Sequence record: MZ475893.1
Direction: 5' to 3' (one strand)
DNA length: 64,000 nucleotides
Part shown: positions 37,388 to 46,607 of the stretch, in pieces
Position numbering within the stretch: the stretch's first letter is position 1
How the letters are laid out: each line of letters starts with the position of its first letter
Notes under the pieces: model-generated
What the model was told of the DNA's origin: nothing
What the model saw: the letters and a program-made list of their open reading frames with translations, nothing else
Database searches by the model: none
Position numbers and translations under genes: made by a program

Positions 37388-38053
37388 TTAAACAGTTACT
37401 TTACCTTTTGCTTTGGTCTTGGCAGCTTTCTTAGCGCCAGTCTTCTGAGCAGCGGTACCTTTGTGGTGCACAGCTTTAGCAGTAGTCTGCTTGCCACCTT
37501 TCAGACGCGGTAACGGCTTAAGGGTAGGCTTCTTCAGGGTAACTGCCTTCGGCGCCACTTTCGGAGTCACGATCTTACCGGCCTTGATGGTCGGCTTGTT
37601 CGCTTTACGCGCGGCCAGACGAGCTTTCTGTTTCGCGATCAGGTTGCTGTAACCAGCTTTCTGTTTCGCGGCCAGGTTGCTACGTGCAACTTTCTGACGG
37701 GCCAGCAGCAGTTTACGCACACGGCTCTGAGAAGCTTGGGTAGCTTTCAGACCTTTGGCGTATTTAGCCTGGCGCTCTTTCAGACGCTGCTCAATGCTTT
37801 TGCCTTTGGCGCGAGCTTTGGTTTTACGCAGGTGGGTAGCACGTTCACCGTCGAACTTTTTCTCAGCAGCGGTTTTCTTCGCAGCAGGCTTTTTAGCCGC
37901 AGCTTTTTTCGCTGTTGGAGTTTTGGTGCCAGCAGTTTTAGGCTTACGTGCAGTGGTTTTCTTCGCAGCAGGTTTTTTAGCAGCGGTTTTCTTGGCTTTA
38001 GATCCACCTTTAACCGGGTCGGTAGGTGAAGTCAGTTTGCGTTTTACGGCCAT
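37388..38053 (-). CDS. Histone H1-like Lys/Ala-rich DNA-binding protein
   Basis: 221 aa; AKKTAAKKPAAKKTTARKPK repeats, almost no acidic residues. Confidence 0.75.
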   Translation of the reverse strand: MAVKRKLTSPTDPVKGGSKAKKTAAKKPAAKKTTARKPKTAGTKTPTAKKAAAKKPAAKKTAAEKKFDGERATHLRKTKARAKGKSIEQRLKERQAKYAKGLKATQASQSRVRKLLLARQKVARSNLAAKQKAGYSNLIAKQKARLAARKANKPTIKAGKIVTPKVAPKAVTLKKPTLKPLPRLKGGKQTTAKAVHHKGTAAQKTGAKKAAKTKAKGKVTV

Positions 38054-38168
38054 GATTATATCCTCAAGTTACAATGAAACTTCGTCCTATGGACATTAAG
38101 TTTTGAAATCAGCAAGTAAAAATTAGTATAATCCCCGTAGGAATAAACAGGAAATTTCCTAAACATTT

Positions 38169-39248
38169 TTACTGTACTGTATATCCGATTTCAGACAACA
38201 CCGCGTCCAATTCTTTCCGTGCTCGCACACGCAAAGACTTTTTAATTCCCGATGCCTTAAGGTAATCCTTAAGGCCATCACGTGGGTCGATATCCGCAAG
38301 CGCCAACTCACTAACATCAACTGTATCTATATTATCGAGATCGACACGTTTATTCGTGGAATTTATTTGGGAAATGTTAGGCACGCGTGTGCGTATGTCT
38401 GCTGGGATAGAGACTTCTTCTTTCACTATAACTCGATAACGAATAGCAGAGTTGGCTTCAAGACGCGACCAATCCTTTTGAGTTTCAATCAATACTGTTT
38501 CCAGTCTAAAGCCAGGCTTGCTATCAACAAACTTCTGCTTGACCACCAGCTCTTTGTTCTTGTACTGCGCCTTGAAGTGAATGAAACCTTTAGGCAGAGA
38601 CTCGCCGAATGTCTTTTGATACGGTGCACCACAGTACGTGAAGCGTTTCTTCTCCAGCACTTGATGCAAATGGATATGACCACTGATCGTGTAATCACGG
38701 GGGTCAACTTTAATGTCGTGCTTCGCTTTGAGAGGGCGACCGTTATCACCCAGAGCACCAACAGCTTCAACGTGACAGAAGTTAAGACATGGCTTCTTGT
38801 GCTTGATGCTCTCCTTTGCAGGGTGCGGTAAGAAGTTAACAACGATGCCGTCAATCTCAACCTGTTCTGGTCTGAGGTAGATGTGCAGCGACTTGAGGAA
38901 CGACCACTCACAGAATGTTTTAATCAGGTCCATGCTGGTGGTTGTCATGTCCGCCCAGTCATGGTTGCCGCCACAGTAATGACTTTCAATGATGCCGTCA
39001 TACTTGAGGAAGTGCTGCATCAGTCTGCGCTTCGTCTCATCGTCCATGCGGAACTTATCAGTAATGTCGCCTGGGATAAAGATGTGCTTGATGCCGTGCT
39101 CAAGGGCGTACTGGTAGATGCGATCAATTGTTTCGAGTTGACGGTCAACGTGATCTTGTGGGAAGTGATTCGATAAACCTTCCAAGTGCCAGTCAGCGGT
39201 TGCAAGTGCTTCAAGGAACGCAGTGGCGATCTTACTCTTTTTCATCAT
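38169..39248 (-). CDS. sbcD: SbcD/Mre11-like metallophosphoesterase nuclease
   Basis: ADWH, PGDITD, GGNHD, CH, GHIH, GAPYQ motifs. Confidence 0.9.
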   Translation of the reverse strand: MMKKSKIATAFLEALATADWHLEGLSNHFPQDHVDRQLETIDRIYQYALEHGIKHIFIPGDITDKFRMDDETKRRLMQHFLKYDGIIESHYCGGNHDWADMTTTSMDLIKTFCEWSFLKSLHIYLRPEQVEIDGIVVNFLPHPAKESIKHKKPCLNFCHVEAVGALGDNGRPLKAKHDIKVDPRDYTISGHIHLHQVLEKKRFTYCGAPYQKTFGESLPKGFIHFKAQYKNKELVVKQKFVDSKPGFRLETVLIETQKDWSRLEANSAIRYRVIVKEEVSIPADIRTRVPNISQINSTNKRVDLDNIDTVDVSELALADIDPRDGLKDYLKASGIKKSLRVRARKELDAVLSEIGYTVQ

Positions 39249-39286
39249 TCTGTTCCATACGTTTTAGTGTAAGCTATTTACAGAAT

Positions 39287-39308
39287 AAAGGGCAGCCGAA
39301 GCCGCCCA
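39287..39308 (-). terminator. Rho-independent terminator
   Basis: TGGGCGGC-TTCG-GCTGCCCTTT. Confidence 0.65.
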
Positions 39309-39344
39309 ATGTTGGTCAGATGATAAAAATTATTGTACAAATAG

Positions 39345-39367
39345 AAAACGCCCCGTTAGGAGCGTTT
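39345..39367 (-). terminator. Rho-independent terminator
   Basis: AAACGCTCC-TAAC-GGGGCGTTTTC. Confidence 0.65.
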
Positions 39368-39369
39368 GC

Positions 39370-40140
39370 CTATAGATCAGTATAGGAACGAGTGAAGTAC
39401 GACTGTACCATAGGCCGAGTACCTGCAATCAAGTTTTGACCGAAGAATATATCGTCAGCACTGAATCGAAACAGTCGATTGTTAAACACGCATTCATACT
39501 TGTAGGGATTTCGTGGCGTATCGTTTTCTGTCGTGTCCAAATACAGAATCATGTCGGAATCATCATAGCTGGTGTAGCTGTATGATGAGGCATTGATAGT
39601 CATAGACTCACAGCGAATGTAGCGGAAGGTGGGCGGGTTATCCACGAAGTTATAGGTGTCTAGTTCGACCTTACCTACTCGCGCAACACGAAAACTATTA
39701 TTGGCATCCGTTACCATCAATGCGCTAATAGTCAGAGAAGGCGACTGGGCTCCTGTACGAACATGAGTGCGCCCGTAAAACATCCGACTGCGTAACGTTG
39801 TATCGTTAGAAAAGAAAATTGTATTGCACGGAGTCCATGCAAGCGCAGTCACCTCTTGACCTAGAGAACAACCACCGGCCAGAGTAGTGCCAGCGTGAAT
39901 GTTGCTTGCGTTAGGCATAGCAGTGTATGCCCACTTTAGGTTTGACGCATAGCGCTTGGATGCGGCCACACCACTAACAGTATTAGCCTGACCATTTATG
40001 CCAAGCGTGAACAGCGATTTGTTTACGACGTCTAACGGCGAAGCCGCGTTGTCAAGCAGTGAGGTCTGATCGTCAAACGCAAACACTTGAGGACACAGCT
40101 TGTCGAACACACCGTAATTGGTTAGATGATATTGCATCAT
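39370..40140 (-). CDS. Hypothetical protein (paralog of 40653-41477)
   Basis: 256 aa; shared N-terminal F..xVxxFD...D...SP..V...GIxG and C-terminal GT(R/K)P. Confidence 0.7.
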   Translation of the reverse strand: MMQYHLTNYGVFDKLCPQVFAFDDQTSLLDNAASPLDVVNKSLFTLGINGQANTVSGVAASKRYASNLKWAYTAMPNASNIHAGTTLAGGCSLGQEVTALAWTPCNTIFFSNDTTLRSRMFYGRTHVRTGAQSPSLTISALMVTDANNSFRVARVGKVELDTYNFVDNPPTFRYIRCESMTINASSYSYTSYDDSDMILYLDTTENDTPRNPYKYECVFNNRLFRFSADDIFFGQNLIAGTRPMVQSYFTRSYTDL

Positions 40141-40643
40141 GACCTCTCTTTAAATCTCAGCCAGTCCTTCCACCAGTAATCAACAGGGATGGATTTGCGT
40201 AGCGCATAGTCAATGCAGTTCTGAGTTCCTGAAGGAGCACCACAACATAATGATGCAAGCCTATCTGTGTTATCTACCATGAAGTGATTGCGCTTGTTCA
40301 ACGCGAACCCTACATTGCCGTCCATGTGAAGCACATCTTCTTTCGAACTGACTATGTGGACTTCGTGGCTTTTGTTCAGCAGCACATCGAGATCCCAAAC
40401 GCTCTCAGTAGGCCAGCGTTCGTTGAAGCCTAAATAAGGAATGCAAGACACGATACGATGACCCTGAGCAAGACCGGCAGCAGCGACAGCTTGGTCGAAG
40501 CCTAACGCACAGCCTACCCAAAGCTCCACATCTGTGTCTATCTTTAACAACTGACGGTGGGCGAACTTATAGAGGCGTTGCTTTGCCTCAGAACCGTACC
40601 CACCTAAATACTGTGGACGGTGACCAGTGAATGAAAGTTTCAT
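40137..40643 (-). CDS. YspA/DUF1273-like SLOG-family protein
   Basis: SFTGHRP..LGGY, GCALGFDQ, RNHFMVDNTD, SGTQNCIDYA. Confidence 0.82.
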   Translation of the reverse strand: MKLSFTGHRPQYLGGYGSEAKQRLYKFAHRQLLKIDTDVELWVGCALGFDQAVAAAGLAQGHRIVSCIPYLGFNERWPTESVWDLDVLLNKSHEVHIVSSKEDVLHMDGNVGFALNKRNHFMVDNTDRLASLCCGAPSGTQNCIDYALRKSIPVDYWWKDWLRFKERS

Positions 40644-40652
40644 GATCACTAT

Positions 40653-41477
40653 TTACAGTTGTATGGTAGCCCTACTGCGTATCGAAAGAGAAGGCTTAGT
40701 GCCAGGCGCAACAGGCAAATTGATTTGATCGCTTACTACCAGTTCGTCTTTGAGTTTGACGATCACTCGCAGTGCGGGAGAGTACATGATACCTAAGTCC
40801 AGTATAGGCTTCTCGTCCGCAGGCACGAAATTGCCTGTTAGCCAAGAGATGCAGTTAGAGCTTATGAGCGCTGCTCGTCCGCCATAGCCAGGACGTTCGT
40901 GTCCGTAAGAGGCTTGGCCTCGCATGATAAGCAACTCAGGCAGGACCGGACCAAAGGAATATTTGGGATTGTCGTAGCGGTAGGTTTCGTACGAGGCAGT
41001 GTTACCCAGCGTGTATATGTCTGTGCCTGTATTCGTGTTCATGCGAGCAACGTATGTATAGGAGTAACCTCCTCCGTACGCACCGTAACAACCAAACAGC
41101 GGCATAGACATTGCAACTGTTGCATCACGAGCAACTTCTGGAAAAACAGCAGCGAGGGAATTTGATGCGCTGTGTGCTACACCCATAATAGTATCTGCAC
41201 CAACGTTATACGAACCTATCACAGGATTCGCTATCATGTCACTGAATTTTGTGCGGCGGGTATTGAACATGAAATTGGTCATATAGTATTTGTCGCCAAG
41301 TTGGCCTACAACACCATTGACGAATGTTTTACCTGCAATGCCGCGTGCTTTAGGTGTCAGTGCAACTATCTGGTCTGGTGACTCTATCTCATCGATGTTG
41401 ATTGCATCGCGTGAGTCAAACATTACCAGCTCACCAAATTGTTCGAATGTGGTATTTGCTTGCGCTAAATATAGCAT
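40653..41477 (-). CDS. Hypothetical protein (paralog of 39370-40140)
   Basis: 274 aa, AAGGA SD. Confidence 0.7.
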   Translation of the reverse strand: MLYLAQANTTFEQFGELVMFDSRDAINIDEIESPDQIVALTPKARGIAGKTFVNGVVGQLGDKYYMTNFMFNTRRTKFSDMIANPVIGSYNVGADTIMGVAHSASNSLAAVFPEVARDATVAMSMPLFGCYGAYGGGYSYTYVARMNTNTGTDIYTLGNTASYETYRYDNPKYSFGPVLPELLIMRGQASYGHERPGYGGRAALISSNCISWLTGNFVPADEKPILDLGIMYSPALRVIVKLKDELVVSDQINLPVAPGTKPSLSIRSRATIQL

Positions 41478-41578
41478 ACAAAAATTCCTTAGAGGCAGGT
41501 CAGGGCAAACGTGGAACGCTTACTTGCTGAACTTTGGAGGGAGTTAGGCACAGAGCACTTCCATGTGCTCACCTACTG

Positions 41579-41944
41579 TTACGCGATGACTGTGATCTCG
41601 TGGTCTTTAGACGCCCACACTTTCTCACGGATGTTACGAGGCATAACGATGCAACCGTTAGACGCTGTGCCTGGTGCTTTGATGCTATCGCCATGCATCT
41701 GGAAAGACGCACGACCAAACATCTCATTGTCCTTGTGCGGCACTAAGTCCATAATGTACGGACCAGTCTTCTGACTAGTGCGCGGAGCACTGCATGTATA
41801 AATACCCTGAGGCAGTGGGCCTTCGTTCTTGACTGACTGCGACTGAGGGTCATTCTTGTGGGCACCCAGACCAGCATAGCCACGAGCCACCAGCTGGTGG
41901 TTGGCGTCAAACAGTTCGCCTGTACTTTGTTTATAAGTCCACAT
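41579..41944 (-). CDS. DUF2778/Tlde1-like L,D-transpeptidase-fold protein
   Basis: Start at MWTYKQSTG (AGGAG SD); GPLPQGxY, GRxxFxMHGD......SNGCI catalytic H...SxGC pattern. Confidence 0.82.
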   Translation of the reverse strand: MWTYKQSTGELFDANHQLVARGYAGLGAHKNDPQSQSVKNEGPLPQGIYTCSAPRTSQKTGPYIMDLVPHKDNEMFGRASFQMHGDSIKAPGTASNGCIVMPRNIREKVWASKDHEITVIA

Positions 41945-41965
41945 ATGATTCTCCTGAGAAATGAG

Positions 41966-41986
41966 AAAGCCCCAATTAAGGGGCTT
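41966..41986 (-). terminator. Rho-independent terminator
   Basis: AAGCCCC-TTAATT-GGGGCTTTC. Confidence 0.6.
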
Positions 41987-41990
41987 AGGT

Positions 41991-42986
41991 TTATTTACGT
42001 TTGGCTTTCTTAGCCACACCGTACTCTGGGTTCTTGTCAGAGATATTGTACTGACGGCCACCAGCTTCCTGGATCATGTCAGGTAGTTCATCCAGTCCAG
42101 TTTTCTCGGCGTGAGCACCTGTGAACTGGTAAGTCTTACCATCTTTAGCCATGATCTCAATTGAACCATTCTTGCCGATAGAATAATTCATATGCTTGAG
42201 ATCAGATTTACGGAAGCCAGGAATTTCTTTCTTGGCGTTGGCCAGCATAGTTTTTTCTTCTGCTTCCCACTGCTTGCGCATTTGTGCCAAACGCTTCGCA
42301 CCGCCTGGTTTCATTTTCTTCATTGCACCAGGACGGACTTGTTTCGTTGCAGGCTTCTTCCTTAGCATCGGTTTAGTAGCTGCATCTACTTCATCCATGG
42401 ACAGAACGCGGCCTTTAGCTGGCGCTTTCTTAGCTGCTTTGGTGATAGTCTTGCTGCCCAGCGCATCGAACTTGGCAGAAGCCAGAAACTTAGGCTTGAA
42501 CTGACCGCGCTTACCAGTAACGCCGAACTCGTTCAGTTTGGCAGTGCGCAACGCAGCTAACACCTTAGGTGCTTTCTCTGTGATACCCTGAAGAGAAGTT
42601 GAGGTCAGTCCCATCTTCAAGCCAGACAGTCCGTGCTTACGTGCATAAGACGCAGACTCTTTCAGGTGCAACTTGGCTTCTTTGAGTGCAGCGCTACCCT
42701 TAGCTTTATAGTCAGCAGCTTTAGCACTAGCGCGAGACTTTGCATCACCAGTCAGCGTTTTGACTTTAGCACGGGCCTTGCTCCACGCATCGATGTTACG
42801 CGCAGCACTAACGCCAGCAGTCTTCGCCTTTTTCAAATGGCCGAGGATGGTAGTCAGTTCTGCTTTCTTCTCTGAGTTGATAACCAGAGTAGCAACGCCA
42901 TTCACCTTAGCGATTTTGTAGCTAGGCTTTTTAGCAGCAGACTCCGACACAGCGTGATCTGCAAGATTGATTTTAATGAGTGACAT
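41991..42986 (-). CDS. Lys/Ala-rich protein, MSLIK family (putative internal head protein)
   Basis: 331 aa; MSLIKINLADHAVSESAAK; paralog of the next ORF. Confidence 0.7.
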   Translation of the reverse strand: MSLIKINLADHAVSESAAKKPSYKIAKVNGVATLVINSEKKAELTTILGHLKKAKTAGVSAARNIDAWSKARAKVKTLTGDAKSRASAKAADYKAKGSAALKEAKLHLKESASYARKHGLSGLKMGLTSTSLQGITEKAPKVLAALRTAKLNEFGVTGKRGQFKPKFLASAKFDALGSKTITKAAKKAPAKGRVLSMDEVDAATKPMLRKKPATKQVRPGAMKKMKPGGAKRLAQMRKQWEAEEKTMLANAKKEIPGFRKSDLKHMNYSIGKNGSIEIMAKDGKTYQFTGAHAEKTGLDELPDMIQEAGGRQYNISDKNPEYGVAKKAKRK

Positions 42987-42996
42987 AGAGATGACC

Positions 42997-43998
42997 TTAT
43001 GCGTTGTATTGAGTCAATGGCCGTGGCTTACGCTTAGGCAAACGTTTTGTTTTTATACCAGCAGCTTTATCTGAGGCGCGTTTATCTTCGCGTGCAGAGA
43101 TGCCAACTGTTTGTGACAGGTAGCTGGTCAATGAAGCCTTAGACAAGGTTTCTTTGCGCTTGCCTGAGTCAACAATATATGAATTGCCCGAAGCGTGCGT
43201 GATCTTGAGCCTGAGCTTACCATTGTCATAATGGATGTTGCCGTCAGCATCACCGTACAGTTTGGCAGACGCAGCTTTTTCCTGATACTTCTCCAGCTTG
43301 CCGATAACGCTACGCAGAGCGCTACTGCTTTTGTAGATATTGTTCAGGTGCTTCTTACCTTCGTCCACTTTAGGCGCGGCAGCTTTCTTCGTCACAGGCT
43401 TTGTAACTAAACGCTTGGTAGTTTTCACAGCAGGTGCTTTACCCGAAGCTGCGATCTTCTCACCAATCTTATCGAACTTATCACCAGTAGCATATCGAGG
43501 CTTCAAAGGTACTGTGCGATGTGCACCGTCTTTTGCACGGAAGCTATCAGGCTTCGCTTTACTGATCTTGCCTAACGTATAGGTCGGGTCAGTTTGTGTG
43601 ATATAGGACGCTTTGATGGACAGGTCGAGCGCACTCAATCCAGCTTTCTTCAAAAGGTCAGCAGCAGCTTTAGCAAGTGCTTTGGCTTCTGTTACACCGT
43701 GCTTGATAGCTGCTTTGTTATCACTAATCTTTTCACGAATAGGCGCTTTCTTTGCAGGGGTCTGAGCCTGACTTAGCTTGAGTTTCAATTTCTCAGTAGC
43801 AACACCAAGCTTTGCCGTAGACACGCCTAGAGTTTTAGCCTTCTTGAGATTGGCTACAGCTTTCGTAACAGCAGACTTGTGTTTGCTGTCAATCACGAGA
43901 GCCTGTGCACCGCCGATAGGAACGAGATGATAAGCTGGCTTAGCTTTGGCCGATTCAGATACTGCAAACTCCGCCAAATTGATTTTGATAAGTGACAT
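42997..43998 (-). CDS. Lys/Ala-rich protein, MSLIK family (putative internal head protein)
   Basis: 333 aa; MSLIKINLAEFAVSESAKAK. Confidence 0.7.
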   Translation of the reverse strand: MSLIKINLAEFAVSESAKAKPAYHLVPIGGAQALVIDSKHKSAVTKAVANLKKAKTLGVSTAKLGVATEKLKLKLSQAQTPAKKAPIREKISDNKAAIKHGVTEAKALAKAAADLLKKAGLSALDLSIKASYITQTDPTYTLGKISKAKPDSFRAKDGAHRTVPLKPRYATGDKFDKIGEKIAASGKAPAVKTTKRLVTKPVTKKAAAPKVDEGKKHLNNIYKSSSALRSVIGKLEKYQEKAASAKLYGDADGNIHYDNGKLRLKITHASGNSYIVDSGKRKETLSKASLTSYLSQTVGISAREDKRASDKAAGIKTKRLPKRKPRPLTQYNA

Positions 43999-44007
43999 AG
44001 CTGTTCC

Positions 44008-44604
44008 TTAGACTCTGCCGGTCATAGTAAATTCTTTGCCCGCAGAGTAATCTCCTAAGGCCGCATAAAGAGAATCACGCAACATCTTCTGAATGATATC
44101 CGAGTTGTACGCGGACGCATCGCGGAAAGCGACTTCAACAGTTTCAGTGCGTGGGTTGATCACAGCATAACGTAGAGGAGCAATCTCCTGAGCGTCACAC
44201 CACAGATCGACAACGTGCTGTAGCCCAGGCGTCATCTGAATTTTGAAATCAGACAACAGGAACACAGCACTTTGAATCGGAGGCGGAGCAGACTGAGAGA
44301 CAACAGCATTGTCTCCAAGTTTCTCCATAGCCATAGACGCATTATACACTGAGGAGAATTTCGTTCTCAGTGTAGAGGTCTGTACTACCTTATAGCTATT
44401 CGATGAAATGCCCTGACGACGCAGCTTGGCAATACGCACAACGTAATCACCAGAATCGTCTGAGGCAAATGCAACGTAAGCGTAGCTCACGAAGCCAGGC
44501 TCCTCACTAAGCAGCTTGTGGTCTAGGGCACGAACACCCAAGACAGCACTAAGTGCCTGTAGGCCCATCTGAACTTCGCGGGACAGAGACACGTACATTT
44601 CCAT
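44008..44604 (-). CDS. Hypothetical protein (MExxVSLS family)
   Basis: 198 aa, MEMYVSLS N-terminus. Confidence 0.7.
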   Translation of the reverse strand: MEMYVSLSREVQMGLQALSAVLGVRALDHKLLSEEPGFVSYAYVAFASDDSGDYVVRIAKLRRQGISSNSYKVVQTSTLRTKFSSVYNASMAMEKLGDNAVVSQSAPPPIQSAVFLLSDFKIQMTPGLQHVVDLWCDAQEIAPLRYAVINPRTETVEVAFRDASAYNSDIIQKMLRDSLYAALGDYSAGKEFTMTGRV

Positions 44605-44611
44605 TAGCGAA

Positions 44612-45181
44612 TTATTTAACCCCTACGTGTTTAGCCAGATTGATAACGCGAGTAACCCAACCATACACGTTCTCTTCTTGGTCTTCTGACTTCTTCGCCA
44701 GATTAAGCAAGAATGCTTTACGCATGGAGTTGAAGCTATCTGTAAGTACAGAAATGTCACGCACCTTAACATAAAGGGCTAAGGTCGATAACGTTTTAGG
44801 TCCGATGTTTGGTGCCTGCACAAAATCGGGGTACAACTTCTGGCGATTGTTGAATACGTTCAGCAAGCCTTGAAGCTCCAGTGCAGCAGTACCCGCACCT
44901 GAGTTGACTGCATAGTCAAACACATAGATGGCGAGTTCTTCGCTGTACTTGGCAATGTCATCGCATTTGCACAAGTCCCAATAGTTCTTGGCGTAGATCG
45001 CTTCTGCGGTTTCACGAGGCAATACTTTCATATCACCCTGATAACCATAAGCGCGAGCGACTGGCTGAGTGATGCCCCAGCGAGTGGGTCCGCCACGGTC
45101 AGCAGCGCGATTTGTGTAACGTTCGCCACCTTCTCGGTCGATAAGCTCTGAGGTAGCGCGAATAGCTAATTGACTAGGCAT
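44612..45181 (-). CDS. GH108 lysozyme/endolysin with PG-binding C-terminus
   Basis: Start reassigned to MPSQL; EGG...DRGGPTRWGIT catalytic motif, YW, FDYAVNSG, IGPKT. Confidence 0.9.
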   Translation of the reverse strand: MPSQLAIRATSELIDREGGERYTNRAADRGGPTRWGITQPVARAYGYQGDMKVLPRETAEAIYAKNYWDLCKCDDIAKYSEELAIYVFDYAVNSGAGTAALELQGLLNVFNNRQKLYPDFVQAPNIGPKTLSTLALYVKVRDISVLTDSFNSMRKAFLLNLAKKSEDQEENVYGWVTRVINLAKHVGVK

Positions 45182-45229
45182 GATATTTACCTTTACGAAG
45201 TGTACGAGAAAATTATCATAGGGAACGAC

Positions 45230-45249
45230 AAAAGGGGCCGAAGCCCCTT
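45230..45249 (-). terminator. Rho-independent terminator
   Basis: AAGGGGC-TTCG-GCCCCTTTT. Confidence 0.75.
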
Positions 45250-45587
45250 CAGAATAGCCACCTAATTGAATAGCAGAACAAGCCTGACCAAAAGCCAATA
45301 TGAGCGCAGTATGCATGTTGCATGAAACGCGATTGCACATAAGGCTTTAGGAAGCAGTCGTACAGCGCACCAGACATACCACCGAGTGCTGCGAACACTA
45401 TCATCGTGAAAGCAAGCTGCATCTGAGGCATCTCTATAACAAAGATACCAACAAGGACGATCAGCACTTCGACGATTATCAGATGATAGATGTTCAGTGG
45501 TTTGGTGAAGCCACCGCACACAAGAGGTCTGAGGTCAGCAGACACAACCATCAAAAACAGGATTAGAAATTGATAGTCGATTGACAT
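45249..45587 (-). CDS. Small membrane protein (holin candidate)
   Basis: 112 aa with about 3 hydrophobic segments, upstream of the endolysin. Confidence 0.45.
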   Translation of the reverse strand: MSIDYQFLILFLMVVSADLRPLVCGGFTKPLNIYHLIIVEVLIVLVGIFVIEMPQMQLAFTMIVFAALGGMSGALYDCFLKPYVQSRFMQHAYCAHIGFWSGLFCYSIRWLF

Positions 45588-45892
45588 GCGTGATCGACCT
45601 CATCGGTTGTGATGCGTTGTTGACGTCTGGCCTTGAGGGCGACTTGTGCCATCGTGCCGTTCTTGACCATTTGCTGCAACTCTTCGTCAGTCAGTGCGCT
45701 CATTGCCTGTTTGATATGACTGAGGTTAGCGAGGTCACGAGGGTCGAAGTGATCAGAATGTTTGTGGCTGTCAGCACTGAGAAGACGACCAACATTCAGT
45801 GCTGCACAACGATTCCAGACTTCATCCGCATCAGGGTCAGTCTGCACAAGCAGCGTACCGTGACGCTCAACGTCATGAATGTTACGACTCAT
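45563..45892 (-). CDS. Hypothetical protein
   Basis: Start reassigned to MSRNIH (GGGAG SD). Confidence 0.65.
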   Translation of the reverse strand: MSRNIHDVERHGTLLVQTDPDADEVWNRCAALNVGRLLSADSHKHSDHFDPRDLANLSHIKQAMSALTDEELQQMVKNGTMAQVALKARRQQRITTDEVDHACQSTINF

Positions 45893-45893
45893 A

Positions 45894-46607
45894 TCAAACT
45901 CCCTGATTAGCAACGTAGGTGTCGGTGATGTTCGCAGTCTTCTCAACGTTACCGCGAATGTAACCAATCTCAAACACCTGCACATTATGTTTGACCACAG
46001 CTTCACCATCAGTCTCACACGCACCGCTATGAATGTCCAAGAAAGCCTGACACAGTCGGTCAGTAACAGGCTTGGCCAAGATCTTCATCAGCGTATGCTT
46101 CTGGACAGCGGTCATCTTGATCGGCAGTGCATCAATCTCACGCTCGATAGACTTGCGCCCACCACCGTACACCCAACGACAAATAGTGTTAGTGATTGGC
46201 TTCTGGTGAGTTTTGCTCGGCAGCTTATAGATGAATGTCATCAGGCTGTAGAACAGGCTACCATCGACTGCGCGTTTCTTCAAGTCATCAAGATAAGCAC
46301 CGACAGGTGACAGCTTACCTTTCTGAGGAACTAACTGGTCGAGCTTGAGATCAACATCAAGCCCGTAACGGTTAAGCACCTCAGAGTGACCGAACACAAA
46401 GACGATGTGCTCAGGCAGATCACGAATCGCAATCGCGTTGCGACTGTAATCACGCGAGCCTACAATGAAAATGTATTTGCGGTATTTCTTCGCTGGATTT
46501 AAGAACCCATTAGACGGCACGAAGGTGACGCGCTGTGCTTCACCTTTCTTTTTAAGCCATCCCATCACCTGCTCTGGGCTCTGTCGCGTTACTGCAATTA
46601 CTGGCAT
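45894..46607 (-). CDS. Hypothetical protein
   Basis: 237 aa, TGATG coupling to sbcC. Confidence 0.7.
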   Translation of the reverse strand: MPVIAVTRQSPEQVMGWLKKKGEAQRVTFVPSNGFLNPAKKYRKYIFIVGSRDYSRNAIAIRDLPEHIVFVFGHSEVLNRYGLDVDLKLDQLVPQKGKLSPVGAYLDDLKKRAVDGSLFYSLMTFIYKLPSKTHQKPITNTICRWVYGGGRKSIEREIDALPIKMTAVQKHTLMKILAKPVTDRLCQAFLDIHSGACETDGEAVVKHNVQVFEIGYIRGNVEKTANITDTYVANQGV

